A DNA stretch of 64,000 bases from Candidatus Marinacidobacterales bacterium (GCA_965237955.1 OZ250169.1:480001-544000); one strand, 5' to 3'; shown: positions 20,199 through 31,939, counted from the first letter of the stretch. Made by a program: numbers and translations. The notes: generated from the letters alone by a model not told the origin.

Positions 20199-22280
20199 TC
20201 ACGAATGAACTCCACGTAGAGCGTTGACAAGTAGCTCCCACGCAGCAGGGGCCTTTTCGCCATTTAGCACCATGTTGTTTGGTGTGAGAACAACGTTCCG
20301 TCGGGAAGAGAGCGTCAGTTTTCGAGGGTAATTTTGAAGCGCCGGTACTGACCTTTCCCACAAGGCAACACTTCGCGCAATCACGACAAGAGCTCCACGC
20401 TCCATCGCGGATGCGACTAGAGAGAATCCGTAGACCTGACTTAGAACCCTGCAAGAGCCGCTCTTGTGCTGAGTGCTCTTGTATGGAAACCATTCGACAA
20501 CCGCGAGTCGTTGCGCAAGGGTCGAAAGAGGGATGACTTCGGCGAGCATACTCGTCTTTTCGATCCACCAGCGACCGCCTGGGTGAGCATCCCGGAATCG
20601 CGGGTCAAAGAAGTAGAACGGCCATTTCGACGGTACGTGACGCAGGTTCGAAATCAAGGCGGTACGAAACTCTGGATCTGCATGCGACGTGGCGTCCTTA
20701 GGACCGAAACCAGGGTTGAGCTGGAGAACGACCACCGGAGCAGTCTTGACCGCACCGACGAAAGGCTCTGGGATCACAGCCTCAATCTCGATTCGGCAAC
20801 GGCTATCAGACGGAAGTTTCGCGTTGAACGCTTCGACACATGTTCGATCATCTGGCAGGACGTATGGGGGGCTCGATGGAAGTGCTAGCCAGGGATTAAT
20901 CATGTTGTTGCGAGAGCGGGAGTCAGCATCAAAGGGTGCATCTTCCTCGTCGTCGGCCGCGCTTTGCTTCCAACCATCGACTATCGCTGAAAGCAGCTGC
21001 CCGAGAGGCTTCGAAATCGTTGGCCATTCGTCTCTGGACATACCGACAACTATGGCGCTGTAGCTTTTCTGACTTTTCTGGTTCCTGAAAGCCACTGGCA
21101 CATCCGTACAGAACTCGTTTACGGCATCATCGCATGCAACTTCTACTGCCCTCGGCGTCAGTGTGAGGAGCAGAGAGCCGGGCTGTTTTGAGTCGAGGTG
21201 GAGGGTTGCGTAACGTCGTCGCGCAGTGGGCTTTCCCTCACTCCGCTCGTGCAGGGTGAAGGAGTAGTAGCCAGTCTCATGGGGCCATCGGTAGCTGGGC
21301 ATTCGAGCCTCTATGAAGCTTGCCACCTTTTCAAGGAATTCTTTAACCCCGAGACGCTCGGCCGCTTCGTGTAAGACCGCTTGATTGCTCTCTTTCGTGT
21401 TTTTAGTGGGAGTGGCCCCGCCTGCTCGCCTCATGCTCGCGGTGCCATCGATAACACCACCGTGGTCCCTACCGTCAACATAGTCGCCATGCGGCGGTTC
21501 CAGGATATCTCTAGCTCTAGCTGCAATTTCTCTTGCTTTTCTATTTTTTTCAGCTGGAGGAGGTTGAGTATTCACATCACCTACTTGTTCTGGAGTAAGA
21601 ATAAATCGTTCATATCGTTTAGCATTCTCTCCGGCCCCGATAAAAGTCGTGCAGGCGATCTTTCCGATGACGTAGGTGCTGGAAGCGTCGAAGGTTCCAC
21701 CTACGACACCTCCAGCGATCGGGATCATCTTGCCGAAGTTGATGGTGCCTTTCGACCCAAACTTGGTAAGGAGACGAAAGCCCACCTCTTTGTTGATTTT
21801 CTTGAGCACCTTGCCGGGGACTTTCTTGATGGCCTGCTCGATGAGTTTGGCGCCGAGCTTGATGCCGGCGTCTTTGACGACATCCCCCGCCGCCTTTCCA
21901 CACATGCAGGCGTAGCACAGAGTCCGAACTTGGTCATTCCGAATATCGTGCCCCGATAGATGTGCGACCGCCGCGATCATGCGAATTTGGACGTACATGA
22001 CACTCGCAATGTTGGCCGGCATCGCAACCGGCATCGCGATCACGCCCCCGAGTCCCGATAAGAATCCAGACGTGCCAGCCTTCATGACCTGCCACCGAAT
22101 CAATCGACGGGCGCGCTCTTCCAGGGAGCCCGTGCTCGCTGCGTAGTGGTTCCCGATATCCTGTGCCGACTCTAGGATGGGACTGTCCTCCACCACGAGA
22201 TCGTAGAGCCGGTCGAGCCACTTCATGATGTGGTCTGAGCCGAGCTTCATGATCTCTGCATCGATCTTCTTCCTTGCCAC
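20199..22280 (-). CDS. EcsC-family / unknown domain / UDG-superfamily (Brig1-like) DNA glycosylase fusion
   Basis: aa ~10-215 EcsC-like (AGTSGFLSGLGG...VQIRMIAA...KMIPIAGGVVGGTFD); aa 460-693 NPW...IPEPFVG...VVVLQLNPG...EWFPYKS; RBS AAGGAAGG before GTG. Confidence 0.7.
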   Translation of the reverse strand: MARKKIDAEIMKLGSDHIMKWLDRLYDLVVEDSPILESAQDIGNHYAASTGSLEERARRLIRWQVMKAGTSGFLSGLGGVIAMPVAMPANIASVMYVQIRMIAAVAHLSGHDIRNDQVRTLCYACMCGKAAGDVVKDAGIKLGAKLIEQAIKKVPGKVLKKINKEVGFRLLTKFGSKGTINFGKMIPIAGGVVGGTFDASSTYVIGKIACTTFIGAGENAKRYERFILTPEQVGDVNTQPPPAEKNRKAREIAARARDILEPPHGDYVDGRDHGGVIDGTASMRRAGGATPTKNTKESNQAVLHEAAERLGVKEFLEKVASFIEARMPSYRWPHETGYYSFTLHERSEGKPTARRRYATLHLDSKQPGSLLLTLTPRAVEVACDDAVNEFCTDVPVAFRNQKSQKSYSAIVVGMSRDEWPTISKPLGQLLSAIVDGWKQSAADDEEDAPFDADSRSRNNMINPWLALPSSPPYVLPDDRTCVEAFNAKLPSDSRCRIEIEAVIPEPFVGAVKTAPVVVLQLNPGFGPKDATSHADPEFRTALISNLRHVPSKWPFYFFDPRFRDAHPGGRWWIEKTSMLAEVIPLSTLAQRLAVVEWFPYKSTQHKSGSCRVLSQVYGFSLVASAMERGALVVIARSVALWERSVPALQNYPRKLTLSSRRNVVLTPNNMVLNGEKAPAAWELLVNALRGVHS

Positions 22281-22399
22281 CGGGTGGGACCTTCCTTGGC
22301 TTCAGACTCTCAGGGGGAGCTCTGTAAGGCTACGCCGACCAAATAAGGAGTATGGACCAAGTGGTGCTTGTGCTGTTTGCTGTTGGTAATGTGTACGTA

Positions 22400-22519
22400 C
22401 CCGTCCTGTGCCAAAACTCGGCCCTCTTGAAATAGCCGATAAATCAGCAGCTTAGCGTCTGTGTTTTGCGACCGGGCCAAGGGCCGTGGGCTCTACAATC
22501 GTCTGGCCCGAGGGTGTTA
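22400..22519 (+). repeat. Family-A element end, truncated by IS3
   Basis: Matches the reverse complement of ~1373-1492. Confidence 0.9.
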
Positions 22520-22599
22520 TGAACCGCCCCGGGTTTTCCGGAGACTGTTTTAGTTGAGTCTCGCCATCTCTAGCGAGCCTTCCTGCGACCGATAATAGT

Positions 22600-23783
<1,184 letters not shown>

Positions 23784-23833
23784 GACTCCATCCTCTCAAG
23801 AGTTGGAGTCTCCGGAAAAGCCGGGGCGGTTCA

Positions 23834-24496
23834 CTCGCCGGCTGCGACGTGCATCTGTGCAATCCGACATCGGAGTTCCTTTAAATCAACACCGGCAACG
23901 GCTTGCTCCATACGACTTAGCGCACGGCCCCTACGGATGAGGGACAGCCAGCGCCGTTTGATTACCTCCCAATCGAGGTCGTCTCCGCGTGATGTGTACG
24001 CGAACCCCTCCTTGATCTCCTTGGCGAGATGCTCGTTGCCGCCTGTCTGCCAAAGCCATGGCAAGCGAGCGACGCCGAGGGCTGAGGCCAGATAAAAACG
24101 GGCATGCTCTGGGCTGCTCGCTTTCGCTGGCGTCGATAACGCCCAGCATCCAAGGGCGGCAGCAAGCTCAACGGATCGGATAGCCCCAGCGAACTCCTGC
24201 TGCTTCGGTGCCGTCTGATACCGCTGCTCCAACCAGCCAGTACTTTCCTTGCCCGCAGCGTTGAAGAACAGAGGCAGCCAAATCGCCAACGTGGCGTCGA
24301 AGAATTCCTGCTCAGAAACCCAGGCTTCGGCCAGCCCTGCCCTGAAAAGGATGGCGGCCACCTTCAAATCGGCTGCGAGCAGCTCGGGCCGCCGTTCGCT
24401 TAAGAACTCCGCGTCGGCCAGGCGTTTGGCAACCTGTTTGATGATCTTCAGACCCCGCTTCCGTTCCTTCTCCGACGCGGGTAGTAACGTTGGCCT
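23834..24496 (-). pseudogene. Internal fragment of an unknown helical protein, cut on both sides by IS ends
   Basis: ~220 open codons between the IS5 TIR and IS3 TIR; start and stop come from the IS sequences. Confidence 0.55.
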
Positions 24497-24800
24497 GCCT
24501 TGGTGCACAACTCCGATAGAGGCCGAGAGCTCGCTTGGCCCCGACTCCCATCATCCGATCATCTCGCTATCAGGCATCCCGAGCACCGTCATGGTGTTGA
24601 GAATCTTGCACCCGATCCTTGCCTCGACTCTCTGTGCCGCCAACCCTCTCGCTCGCATCGCTGAGCCCACGATAGCCTTGTAGCGATGGAACGTTGTCTC
24701 GACTTTGCTCCGTTTGCTGTAGCCCGATTCTGTGTGCCACTTTCGTTTGCCGAGCCGAGCTTGTGCTGCAATGTTGCGATTACGCTGTCGACGGTGTCTA
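24497..24800 (-). mobile_element. IS5-family element, 3' half
   Basis: SGYSKRSKVETTFHRYK...ILNTMTVLGMPDS; same 17-bp TIR at 24497-24513. Confidence 0.85.
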
Positions 24801-25001
24801 CGTCTTGCCGAGCGTCCCGGAAAACGAGCCGCGAGCCCGCCGCACGAGTCGTTCTTCGCAAGGCCCATTACTACACTCTTGGTTCACTCACCCAACGTGC
24901 CCCTAAGTCGTTGGATCACGACGAAGGGACTTCAGATCACTTCTGTCGGTTGCCGAGCCTCTGCACTTCGACTAGCATTCTTATTTTCATCCTGGTTTTG
25001 C

Positions 25002-25982
25002 ATGCCCAGAAACGCGCAGGTTGTTCGACAGTGGCTCTTACTGGAGAGACTCGAACGCTCGAAGGGAGCGACCCTGGACGAGCTCGTGGACAGCTTACCG
25101 TCCGACCATCCGTGCCACGCGCGCACGGTTCGGCGCGATCTCGAGGCGCTCGAAGCCCGGTTTCCGCTCATCACAGAACGAAGACGGGGCAAGACCATAT
25201 GGCGCCTCATGGACGGCTTCGACCGAACAATCCGCCTCGCGTTCTCCCAGACAGAACTTATGGCGCTTGTATTCTCGAAGGATCTTCTAAGGCCGCTCGA
25301 CGGTACCGAGCTCAAATCCTCGCTGGATTCGGCATTCAACAAGATGGTTGCCGTGTTGCCTTCTGATGGAACCGGTTTCATCGCTCACCTCAGAGATTTC
25401 TTCTCCGTGGGGCTTGGGCCACACAAAAAATACAAAGAACATCGCAACACGATTGAATGTCTCACGCGTGCAATCTCCCAGTCGCGGAGCGTTCAGATCC
25501 GGTACTTTGCCGCATCGCGGAACGTGACGACTCGGCGAAGCGTCGATCCGTACCGCCTTTGGTACGCGCAGGGTGCCCTCTACCTGATTGGGTTTTGCCA
25601 TCTACGCCGAGACGTTCGAATGTTCGCCGTCGACCGTATTCGGTCGATAACAACGACGAACAAGCCGTGCCAAATGCCCCTGGGCTTCGATGTCCAAGAA
25701 TACGTGGCGGACGCCTTGCTCATCATGAGAGGAGCCCCGATCGACGTGCAGCTGAGTTTCCATCGGACTGTTGCACCTTGGGTGTGTGACCGAAACTGGC
25801 ACTCGAGTCAGAAAGTCAAAAGCGTCAAAGGAGGGGCGGTTATTATGACGCTGCGAGTCGCCGAGACTGCAGAGCTGGTCGGATGGATTCTGAGCTTCGG
25901 AAGCAATGTCCGAGTCCTCTCCCCGCGTTCACTACGAGATCGTGTCCATGAAGAAGCGCGAAAAATTCTCCGCGAAGCGTGA
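25002..25982 (+). CDS. WYL-domain (HTH-WYL-WCX) transcriptional regulator
   Basis: RTVRRDLEAL HTH; VDPYRL...LYLIGFC...RMFAVDRI; WILSFGSNVRVLSP. Start MPRNAQ. Confidence 0.9.
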   Translation: MPRNAQVVRQWLLLERLERSKGATLDELVDSLPSDHPCHARTVRRDLEALEARFPLITERRRGKTIWRLMDGFDRTIRLAFSQTELMALVFSKDLLRPLDGTELKSSLDSAFNKMVAVLPSDGTGFIAHLRDFFSVGLGPHKKYKEHRNTIECLTRAISQSRSVQIRYFAASRNVTTRRSVDPYRLWYAQGALYLIGFCHLRRDVRMFAVDRIRSITTTNKPCQMPLGFDVQEYVADALLIMRGAPIDVQLSFHRTVAPWVCDRNWHSSQKVKSVKGGAVIMTLRVAETAELVGWILSFGSNVRVLSPRSLRDRVHEEARKILREA

Positions 25983-26011
25983 CCCCGGATGTCACGCTCC
26001 TACGCTATTAT
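25977..26011 (+). promoter_or_regulatory. Palindromic operator and -10 box upstream of cas3
   Basis: GCGTGAC-N7-GTCACGC at 25977-25997, then TATTAT at 26006-26011. Confidence 0.65.
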
Positions 26012-26047
26012 CGTTATTGACCGCTCGGAGATGAAACTGGAGGATCG

Positions 26048-28765
26048 GTGACACGCGAATACTCGTCTTGGTTCAGCAGAGCGACCGAACACGCGGAGCC
26101 GCGGCTCTGGCAGCAGACTCTCGCCGAATCTAGAACGTGCACGGATCGATTGATCCGCATCCCCACAGGGTTGGGCAAAACGGAGGCGGTTCTCGGTGCA
26201 TGGGCCTGGAACCGGCTGATTCGGCGTGACTCGACTTGGCCTCGACGCCTCGTCTGGTGCCTTCCGATGCGTGTGCTCGTACAACAGAGTCTGGCTGTCG
26301 CACAGAAGTTCCTCGAATCCATGCCCGTACGCAACACGGGGCCAGAGAAAGTCCAAGTATGCCCGTTAATGGGGGGCGCCGATGTCGAAGACTGGCATCT
26401 TCACCCCGAGCAACCGGCGGTTCTGATCGGCACGCAAGATATGCTCCTGTCGCGCGCGCTGAACCGTGGCTACGCCACCGGACGCGCACGATGGCCGATG
26501 GAATACGGCCTTCTCAACCACGATTGCCTTTGGATCATGGATGAGATCCAGCTCATGGACGTCGGGTTGACCACGAGCGTACAGCTTCAGGCGTTTCGTC
26601 GCGGGGATGCTGCCAAGTCGCTGCGGCCTTGCCGCACGTGGTGGATGAGCGCAACTCTTCAGCCCGACTGGTTCGAGACGTTGGACTCGCGACCGTGGCT
26701 ACCGGAACTTCGCGAACGTATGGTCCAGGTAGGAGCGGAGGAGCGACATGGAGATCTGTGGCAGGCGCCAAAGCCCTTGACCGTGCACAGAATTCCGGCG
26801 GAGGAGGACAAGCACGCGGAGCGGTTGGCCGAAGTCGTGTGGGAAGCTCATTGGAAGGCCGAGCCGGCCGGTTCGGGTCGATTCACTCTAGCTATCGTCA
26901 ACAGGGTGGAAACGGCGACTCGGCTCTACGGAACACTCAAGAAGCTGTTGGGGGCCGAGCCGGTGCAGCCCGATCTCCGTCTGATTCACAGTCGATTTCG
27001 AGGAATAGAGCGGTCCCATTGGCCGGAGGAATTTCTGTCCAGACGTCATTCCACCGATGCCGCCACGGACCGGATCATCGTCTCGACTCAAGTGGTCGAG
27101 GCCGGTGTGGATGTGTCGGCCACGGCTCTCGTAACAGAGCTCGCGCCCTGGCCGAGTCTGGTGCAGCGATTCGGACGCGCCGCACGATACGGCGGCGAGG
27201 CTACAGTGCACGTGATCGAGCGTGACCTGAAAGGCAAGGACTGCCTGCCGTACGACGAGACCGAATTGGTGGCTGCGAGTAGTGCCCTCTCGCGGCTTGC
27301 TGACGTCGGTCTCGCGACTCTGGAGAATCTCGAATACGCGTTGCGAGATGAGGATCCTGATTCTTTGAAGCGTTTATACCCGTACGCTCCGCTGCATGTT
27401 CTCACGCGACGCGAATGTGACGAGCTGTTCGACACGAGCGCGGATTTGAGCGGTGCTGATCTGGATGTCAGCCGCTTCATCCGTAGCGGGGATGACCGGG
27501 ATCTGTTCGTCTCCTGGTTGAACGTAGATGGGGACGCAAATCATCCTGCCGTCGAGTTTCAACCTCGCCGCGAGGGATTGTGTCCGGTCCCGGTGCCTAC
27601 AGCGCGCAAGTGGTTGTTCAAGAGCAGACAACTCAAGGAGGGTTGCCGAGCGTGGATCTGGGACTATGTGGACGGCCGGTGGCGGCGGTTGAGGGCGGAT
27701 GACTGCTACCCCGGTCAGACGATAATTGTCGACGCGACCTGGGGTGGTTATGACACGAAGACCGGCTTCACGGGTGCAGCTCGAGGGAAACAAGAGAACC
27801 CCGTACCTACCGAGGGTACGCTCGCGATTTCAGCGCAAGACGCCGTTGCGGATCGCGCTCAAGCACGGGATGACCTCAGCGAGCAGGCTAGTTGGAAGAC
27901 GATCGCGACCCATGGCGACGAAGTGGCTCAAAAAGCGCGCGAGCTGGCCGAGGTACTCGACATCCGCGCCGAACTGGTTCCGCTGCTCGATCTAGCCGGC
28001 CGACTCCACGACTGGGGGAAAGCCCATCCTGCGTTTCAGTCCTCCATCATCGAGTCCGGGACCGAGGCGCGCCCCGAGCGGCGGGACCTTGCAAAGGCGC
28101 CGCGCGAGGCGTGGGTCCCGCTGAAGGAACTCTACAGCAAGGATGCAACAATCGGCAGACGCCGTGGATTCCGCCACGAGCTCGCCAGTACGCTGGCGCT
28201 TTTCGAGTTGTTGCGGCGGATCGATCCCCACCACCAAGCCCTGCTTGGAGAGCAGCGGGAGCTCATCGAGGCCGGTGTGCTGAAGCCGGAGCTCGACGAG
28301 CCACGTTCAGCCGATGGACCGCTCGCCACGCTGCTTTTGGCGCTCGACGCCGGTGCCTTCAACTTGCTCGCCTATCTTGTGTGCTGCCATCACGGGAAAG
28401 TGCGCGGCACGTGGCAGAGCACCTCCCGGGACCAGGAGTTTCCGAGCCTCGACTCCAAATACGCCGGCCGAGGTCAGCCCCTGCACGGTGTGCGACACGG
28501 CGATGTCGTGCCGGCAACACTCATGATCGCGCCCAACGGGAACGTTGTAGAATTGCCAGCTCTCACTCTTCACCTCGATCCCGCAACCTTGGGTTTGTCC
28601 GGGCGTTACGGGTCCAGTTGGACCGAGCGTGTCCAGCAGCTCTTTGCGTCGCATGGTCCATTCACCCTGGCTTATCTCGAAGCCATACTGCGTGTGGCCG
28701 ACGTTCGGGCTTCGCGACTCGACACTGGCGATCCTCTACTGATGACGGAGGGTGTGTCGGTATGA
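26048..28765 (+). CDS. cas3: Type I-G Cas3 helicase with C-terminal HD nuclease
   Basis: IPTGLGKT, MDEIQL, MSAT, STQVVEAGVD, QRFGR; then H...LHDWGKAH...RHELAS...HHGK...RVAD. Confidence 0.95.
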   Translation: MTREYSSWFSRATEHAEPRLWQQTLAESRTCTDRLIRIPTGLGKTEAVLGAWAWNRLIRRDSTWPRRLVWCLPMRVLVQQSLAVAQKFLESMPVRNTGPEKVQVCPLMGGADVEDWHLHPEQPAVLIGTQDMLLSRALNRGYATGRARWPMEYGLLNHDCLWIMDEIQLMDVGLTTSVQLQAFRRGDAAKSLRPCRTWWMSATLQPDWFETLDSRPWLPELRERMVQVGAEERHGDLWQAPKPLTVHRIPAEEDKHAERLAEVVWEAHWKAEPAGSGRFTLAIVNRVETATRLYGTLKKLLGAEPVQPDLRLIHSRFRGIERSHWPEEFLSRRHSTDAATDRIIVSTQVVEAGVDVSATALVTELAPWPSLVQRFGRAARYGGEATVHVIERDLKGKDCLPYDETELVAASSALSRLADVGLATLENLEYALRDEDPDSLKRLYPYAPLHVLTRRECDELFDTSADLSGADLDVSRFIRSGDDRDLFVSWLNVDGDANHPAVEFQPRREGLCPVPVPTARKWLFKSRQLKEGCRAWIWDYVDGRWRRLRADDCYPGQTIIVDATWGGYDTKTGFTGAARGKQENPVPTEGTLAISAQDAVADRAQARDDLSEQASWKTIATHGDEVAQKARELAEVLDIRAELVPLLDLAGRLHDWGKAHPAFQSSIIESGTEARPERRDLAKAPREAWVPLKELYSKDATIGRRRGFRHELASTLALFELLRRIDPHHQALLGEQRELIEAGVLKPELDEPRSADGPLATLLLALDAGAFNLLAYLVCCHHGKVRGTWQSTSRDQEFPSLDSKYAGRGQPLHGVRHGDVVPATLMIAPNGNVVELPALTLHLDPATLGLSGRYGSSWTERVQQLFASHGPFTLAYLEAILRVADVRASRLDTGDPLLMTEGVSV

Positions 28766-30981
28766 CGGTACACGTTCACCATCTCACCGGATGTAGCCCG
28801 ACGCCTCTCGCGCACTATCTCAAGGCACTCGGCATCCTTCGCCTCGTCTCGAACCAGAAAGATTCCGCCGCTCGCGGCTGGTGGAAGGAAGAGTCATTCC
28901 ATCTCGCGACGAGGCTTGATGGCAACGCTTTGCCGAAGTTTTTCCTCGAGGACTACGAACCCACGCCGCTGGTGGCGCCTTGGAATGGCGGAAGCGGCTT
29001 CTACCCGAACGACAACAAGGACGGGATCGCGGCGATCACGAAGAATCGCTCAGACCGCTTCGCAGGCTATCGCAAGGCGATCGAAATGGGGCGATCCGCA
29101 ACGAGCCTAATAAAGGCCAGCCCCAAGAACGAGGCGAAGAGTGTTTTCCTGCGCGAATGTCGCCAACGGTGGTCAGGTCCGCTGTTGGAGTGGCTGGAGG
29201 CCGCCGTTGTGCTTGACGGTGATGGGGAGCCTGTTTATCCAGCGCTCCTGGGAACGGGTGGCAACGACGGCCGGCTCGACTTCACGAACAATTTCATGCA
29301 ACGTCTGGCGGAGCTGGTCGAATGCGAGCACCCGCAAGCGCCCTCACAGCCCGCCTCCTTGCGATTGCTGGACGCGGCGCTGTTCCGGCATCCGGAGGCC
29401 GGTCTGCAGAGGAGCGCCGTGGGACAGTTCCACCCAGGCAGTGCAGGTGGCGCGAACAGCAGCACGGGCTTCGGCGGCGACAGTCTCGTCAACCCGTGGG
29501 ATTTTGTCCTGATGTTGGAAGGCACTCTTCTTTTCGTCGCTTCCGTGGCGCGGCGCACGATAGCCCACGCTTCACGGCAGGCAGCCGCGCCTTTCGCAGT
29601 CCGCTCGTCCGCTGCAGGTTTTGCAAGCGCCTCGGCGGCGGACAAGAATCGAGATGAACAATGGATGCCGCTATGGGAGCGGCCCGCTACTCTTGGTGAG
29701 CTCGCTTCCCTCATAGCGGAGGGCCGCAGCCAGATTGGGACGCGCCTCGCGGCTCGACCTATCGACTTCGGACGGGCCATCGCTCGCCTTGGCGTTACTC
29801 GTGGTATCGCCGCCTTCGAGCGGTATGGCTATATCGAGCGGAACGGCCAGGCGAACCTTGCAGTCCCGCTCGGCCGCTGGAGAGTCCAAGCACAGCCACA
29901 TCAGGATCTGATCGACGAAGTCGCAGGATGGGTGGAGGGGCTGCGTCGCGCTGGCTCGGATAACTACGCGCCGAACTCGATATCCCGTAGCGCGCGTGCG
30001 TGCGAGGAAGCTATTCTCGCCTGTTGTCGCGACGGACGTAACCCGTCACAGTGGCAGGCGCTGCTAATCGCGGTCGGTGCGGCTGAAGCACAGCTTCCTC
30101 GAAGCCCGCGCTTCGCGGGCTCCAAGGGCCTGCGACCCGTCCCCACGTTGAGTGTCGCTTGGCTCGACGCTGCCGATGACGGCAGCCCTGAGATGCGACT
30201 CGCTCTAGCCCTCGCTTCACAGCATGGCACCAGCGAGAAGCAGACGATCGACTGGCAAGATCCGATCCGTCGTCACTTTCTGCCACTCGAGCAGGGATCG
30301 CTCACCCGAAAGGCGCGATTCCACGTCAGAAGCGAAGCACTTGCTCTTTCTCCTGAGGTTGTGTGCGTTGGGAACACCCTAGACGGCGTCGCAATCGCGT
30401 TAATGCGGCGCCGTATGGTCGAGGCCGCGCGAAGGGTATCGCCTCAGCTTCCGCTTGTGGCCGTGCGCGGCGCTGAGGCAGGGACGGATGACATTGCCAA
30501 GTTCCTCGCGGGCAGGCTGAACGAGACGGCGATCCTCGACCTAGCCCGACCACTGATGGCATTGAATTGGCATGAACTCCACACGCGGCATTCACAGCAT
30601 ACTACGACCGATGCGCTCGGGTCGCTGAGTGTGTACGGTCTCATGCGAATCGCGTACTGGCCACGAGCACTGCAGCTTGCACCTGGAGCCGAGGCAGTGT
30701 TGGTCCGCCTGGATCCAGCTATTTTCTCGCGACTGGATGCTGGTGACCTGTCTGGCGCGGCAGCGTTGGCGATCCGAAGGCTCATCGCTTCCGGACTTCG
30801 CCCACGCGTACGTCTGGCGGTCGGCAACCCGGAACAAGCGCGGCGCCTCGCCGTAGCGCTCTCGTTTCCGATCAGAGAAAAAGACGCGACCGCACTGGCC
30901 CGTCGGTTGACGCGACCTGCTGACGCACTCAAGGAACACGACTCTAAATTGACGAACGAACGTAAGGAGACCGTTACGTGA
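28762..30981 (+). CDS. csx17: Type I-G large subunit Cas8g1/Csx17
   Basis: PLAHYLKALG, PWNGGSGF, LLGTGGNDGRLDF, NPWDFVLMLEG; ATGA overlap with cas3. Confidence 0.93.
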   Translation: MTVHVHHLTGCSPTPLAHYLKALGILRLVSNQKDSAARGWWKEESFHLATRLDGNALPKFFLEDYEPTPLVAPWNGGSGFYPNDNKDGIAAITKNRSDRFAGYRKAIEMGRSATSLIKASPKNEAKSVFLRECRQRWSGPLLEWLEAAVVLDGDGEPVYPALLGTGGNDGRLDFTNNFMQRLAELVECEHPQAPSQPASLRLLDAALFRHPEAGLQRSAVGQFHPGSAGGANSSTGFGGDSLVNPWDFVLMLEGTLLFVASVARRTIAHASRQAAAPFAVRSSAAGFASASAADKNRDEQWMPLWERPATLGELASLIAEGRSQIGTRLAARPIDFGRAIARLGVTRGIAAFERYGYIERNGQANLAVPLGRWRVQAQPHQDLIDEVAGWVEGLRRAGSDNYAPNSISRSARACEEAILACCRDGRNPSQWQALLIAVGAAEAQLPRSPRFAGSKGLRPVPTLSVAWLDAADDGSPEMRLALALASQHGTSEKQTIDWQDPIRRHFLPLEQGSLTRKARFHVRSEALALSPEVVCVGNTLDGVAIALMRRRMVEAARRVSPQLPLVAVRGAEAGTDDIAKFLAGRLNETAILDLARPLMALNWHELHTRHSQHTTTDALGSLSVYGLMRIAYWPRALQLAPGAEAVLVRLDPAIFSRLDAGDLSGAAALAIRRLIASGLRPRVRLAVGNPEQARRLAVALSFPIREKDATALARRLTRPADALKEHDSKLTNERKETVT

Positions 30982-31928
30982 TGAGTATCGAGCTGACCCC
31001 TTTCAACGACGCCCGTAAGCTTCTGATGAGCGTTGAGCTCAAACCCGTTCAGGGCACGCGCTTCCAGCCCACGGGATTTCCTGATCTCGGAGCCGCATCC
31101 TACCAGGCCGGTGACGCGCCGTGCCTGCTCGTAGAAAGCGCCCAATCGATGGCCAACCGCCTGGAAGCGGTGTGTTGGGACGAGACGACGCAGGACCTGC
31201 GAGAGCCGCTGACAGGTCTAAGCTACATCCGTGTCGAACGGGATGGTACGTATCTGACGAGCTCGATTACCGAAGCCCACCGCATCAATAGCCCCTATAT
31301 TCTCGAGAGCAAGGATCGGAGTTTTTTTGACCGGCTGAAGCATGCGGTGGCGCCGCTGAAGGAAGGGCCGATCGATCGCCACGTTCTTGCTGAGACACTT
31401 TTCGAGTTCGACTGCAACAGTCTGCTTCATGGTGTATTCCTCGCGAAGAAGGAGCTGGCAGGTGGCCGTCTCCGCGTTGCCCGTTCGTTGTCAGCCTTCA
31501 TCGAAGCTAGCGAGGCACAAGTCGCCGCGTCCGGCGGAGTCAAGAACGACACTGTCAATCCGAGCGGGGATACAGCCCGCGGCTTCGGCAATGTCCCTTT
31601 TCATCGCGAGGAATACACGGCTCAGACGATCACGGCCTACTTCAATCTTGACCTCGGTCAGATCCGTGGGTACGGACTTGGGTCGGAGTCGGAGCGGTTA
31701 CTGATTCTGCTGGCTTTGTACAAAATCCGCGCTCTACTCGACGGTGACCTACGCTTGCGCACCGCCTGTGACTTCACGCTTGCAGACGGCGACGGCGCTA
31801 TTGCCGCTGACGCACCCGATGGGTTCGAGCTTCCACCTCTGGCCGAGTTGGAAACGTCTCTTCCGGCTGCGATCGCCGCGTGCAAGGACAAGATGGCCAG
31901 TGTCACGACTGTCCAGTTCAAGCAATAG
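30978..31928 (+). CDS. csb1: Type I-G Cas7/Csb1
   Basis: RFQPTGFPDLG, LLVESAQSMANRLE, EAHRINS, SGGVKND, GFGNVPF. Confidence 0.95.
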   Translation: MMSIELTPFNDARKLLMSVELKPVQGTRFQPTGFPDLGAASYQAGDAPCLLVESAQSMANRLEAVCWDETTQDLREPLTGLSYIRVERDGTYLTSSITEAHRINSPYILESKDRSFFDRLKHAVAPLKEGPIDRHVLAETLFEFDCNSLLHGVFLAKKELAGGRLRVARSLSAFIEASEAQVAASGGVKNDTVNPSGDTARGFGNVPFHREEYTAQTITAYFNLDLGQIRGYGLGSESERLLILLALYKIRALLDGDLRLRTACDFTLADGDGAIAADAPDGFELPPLAELETSLPAAIAACKDKMASVTTVQFKQ

Positions 31929-31939
31929 GGTAACGTCAC

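Noticed and set aside
27892-28761. 290-aa N-terminal extension of Csx17
   Set aside because: It overlaps cas3 in another frame; the ATGA-coupled start at 28762 gives a normal Csx17 N-terminus.
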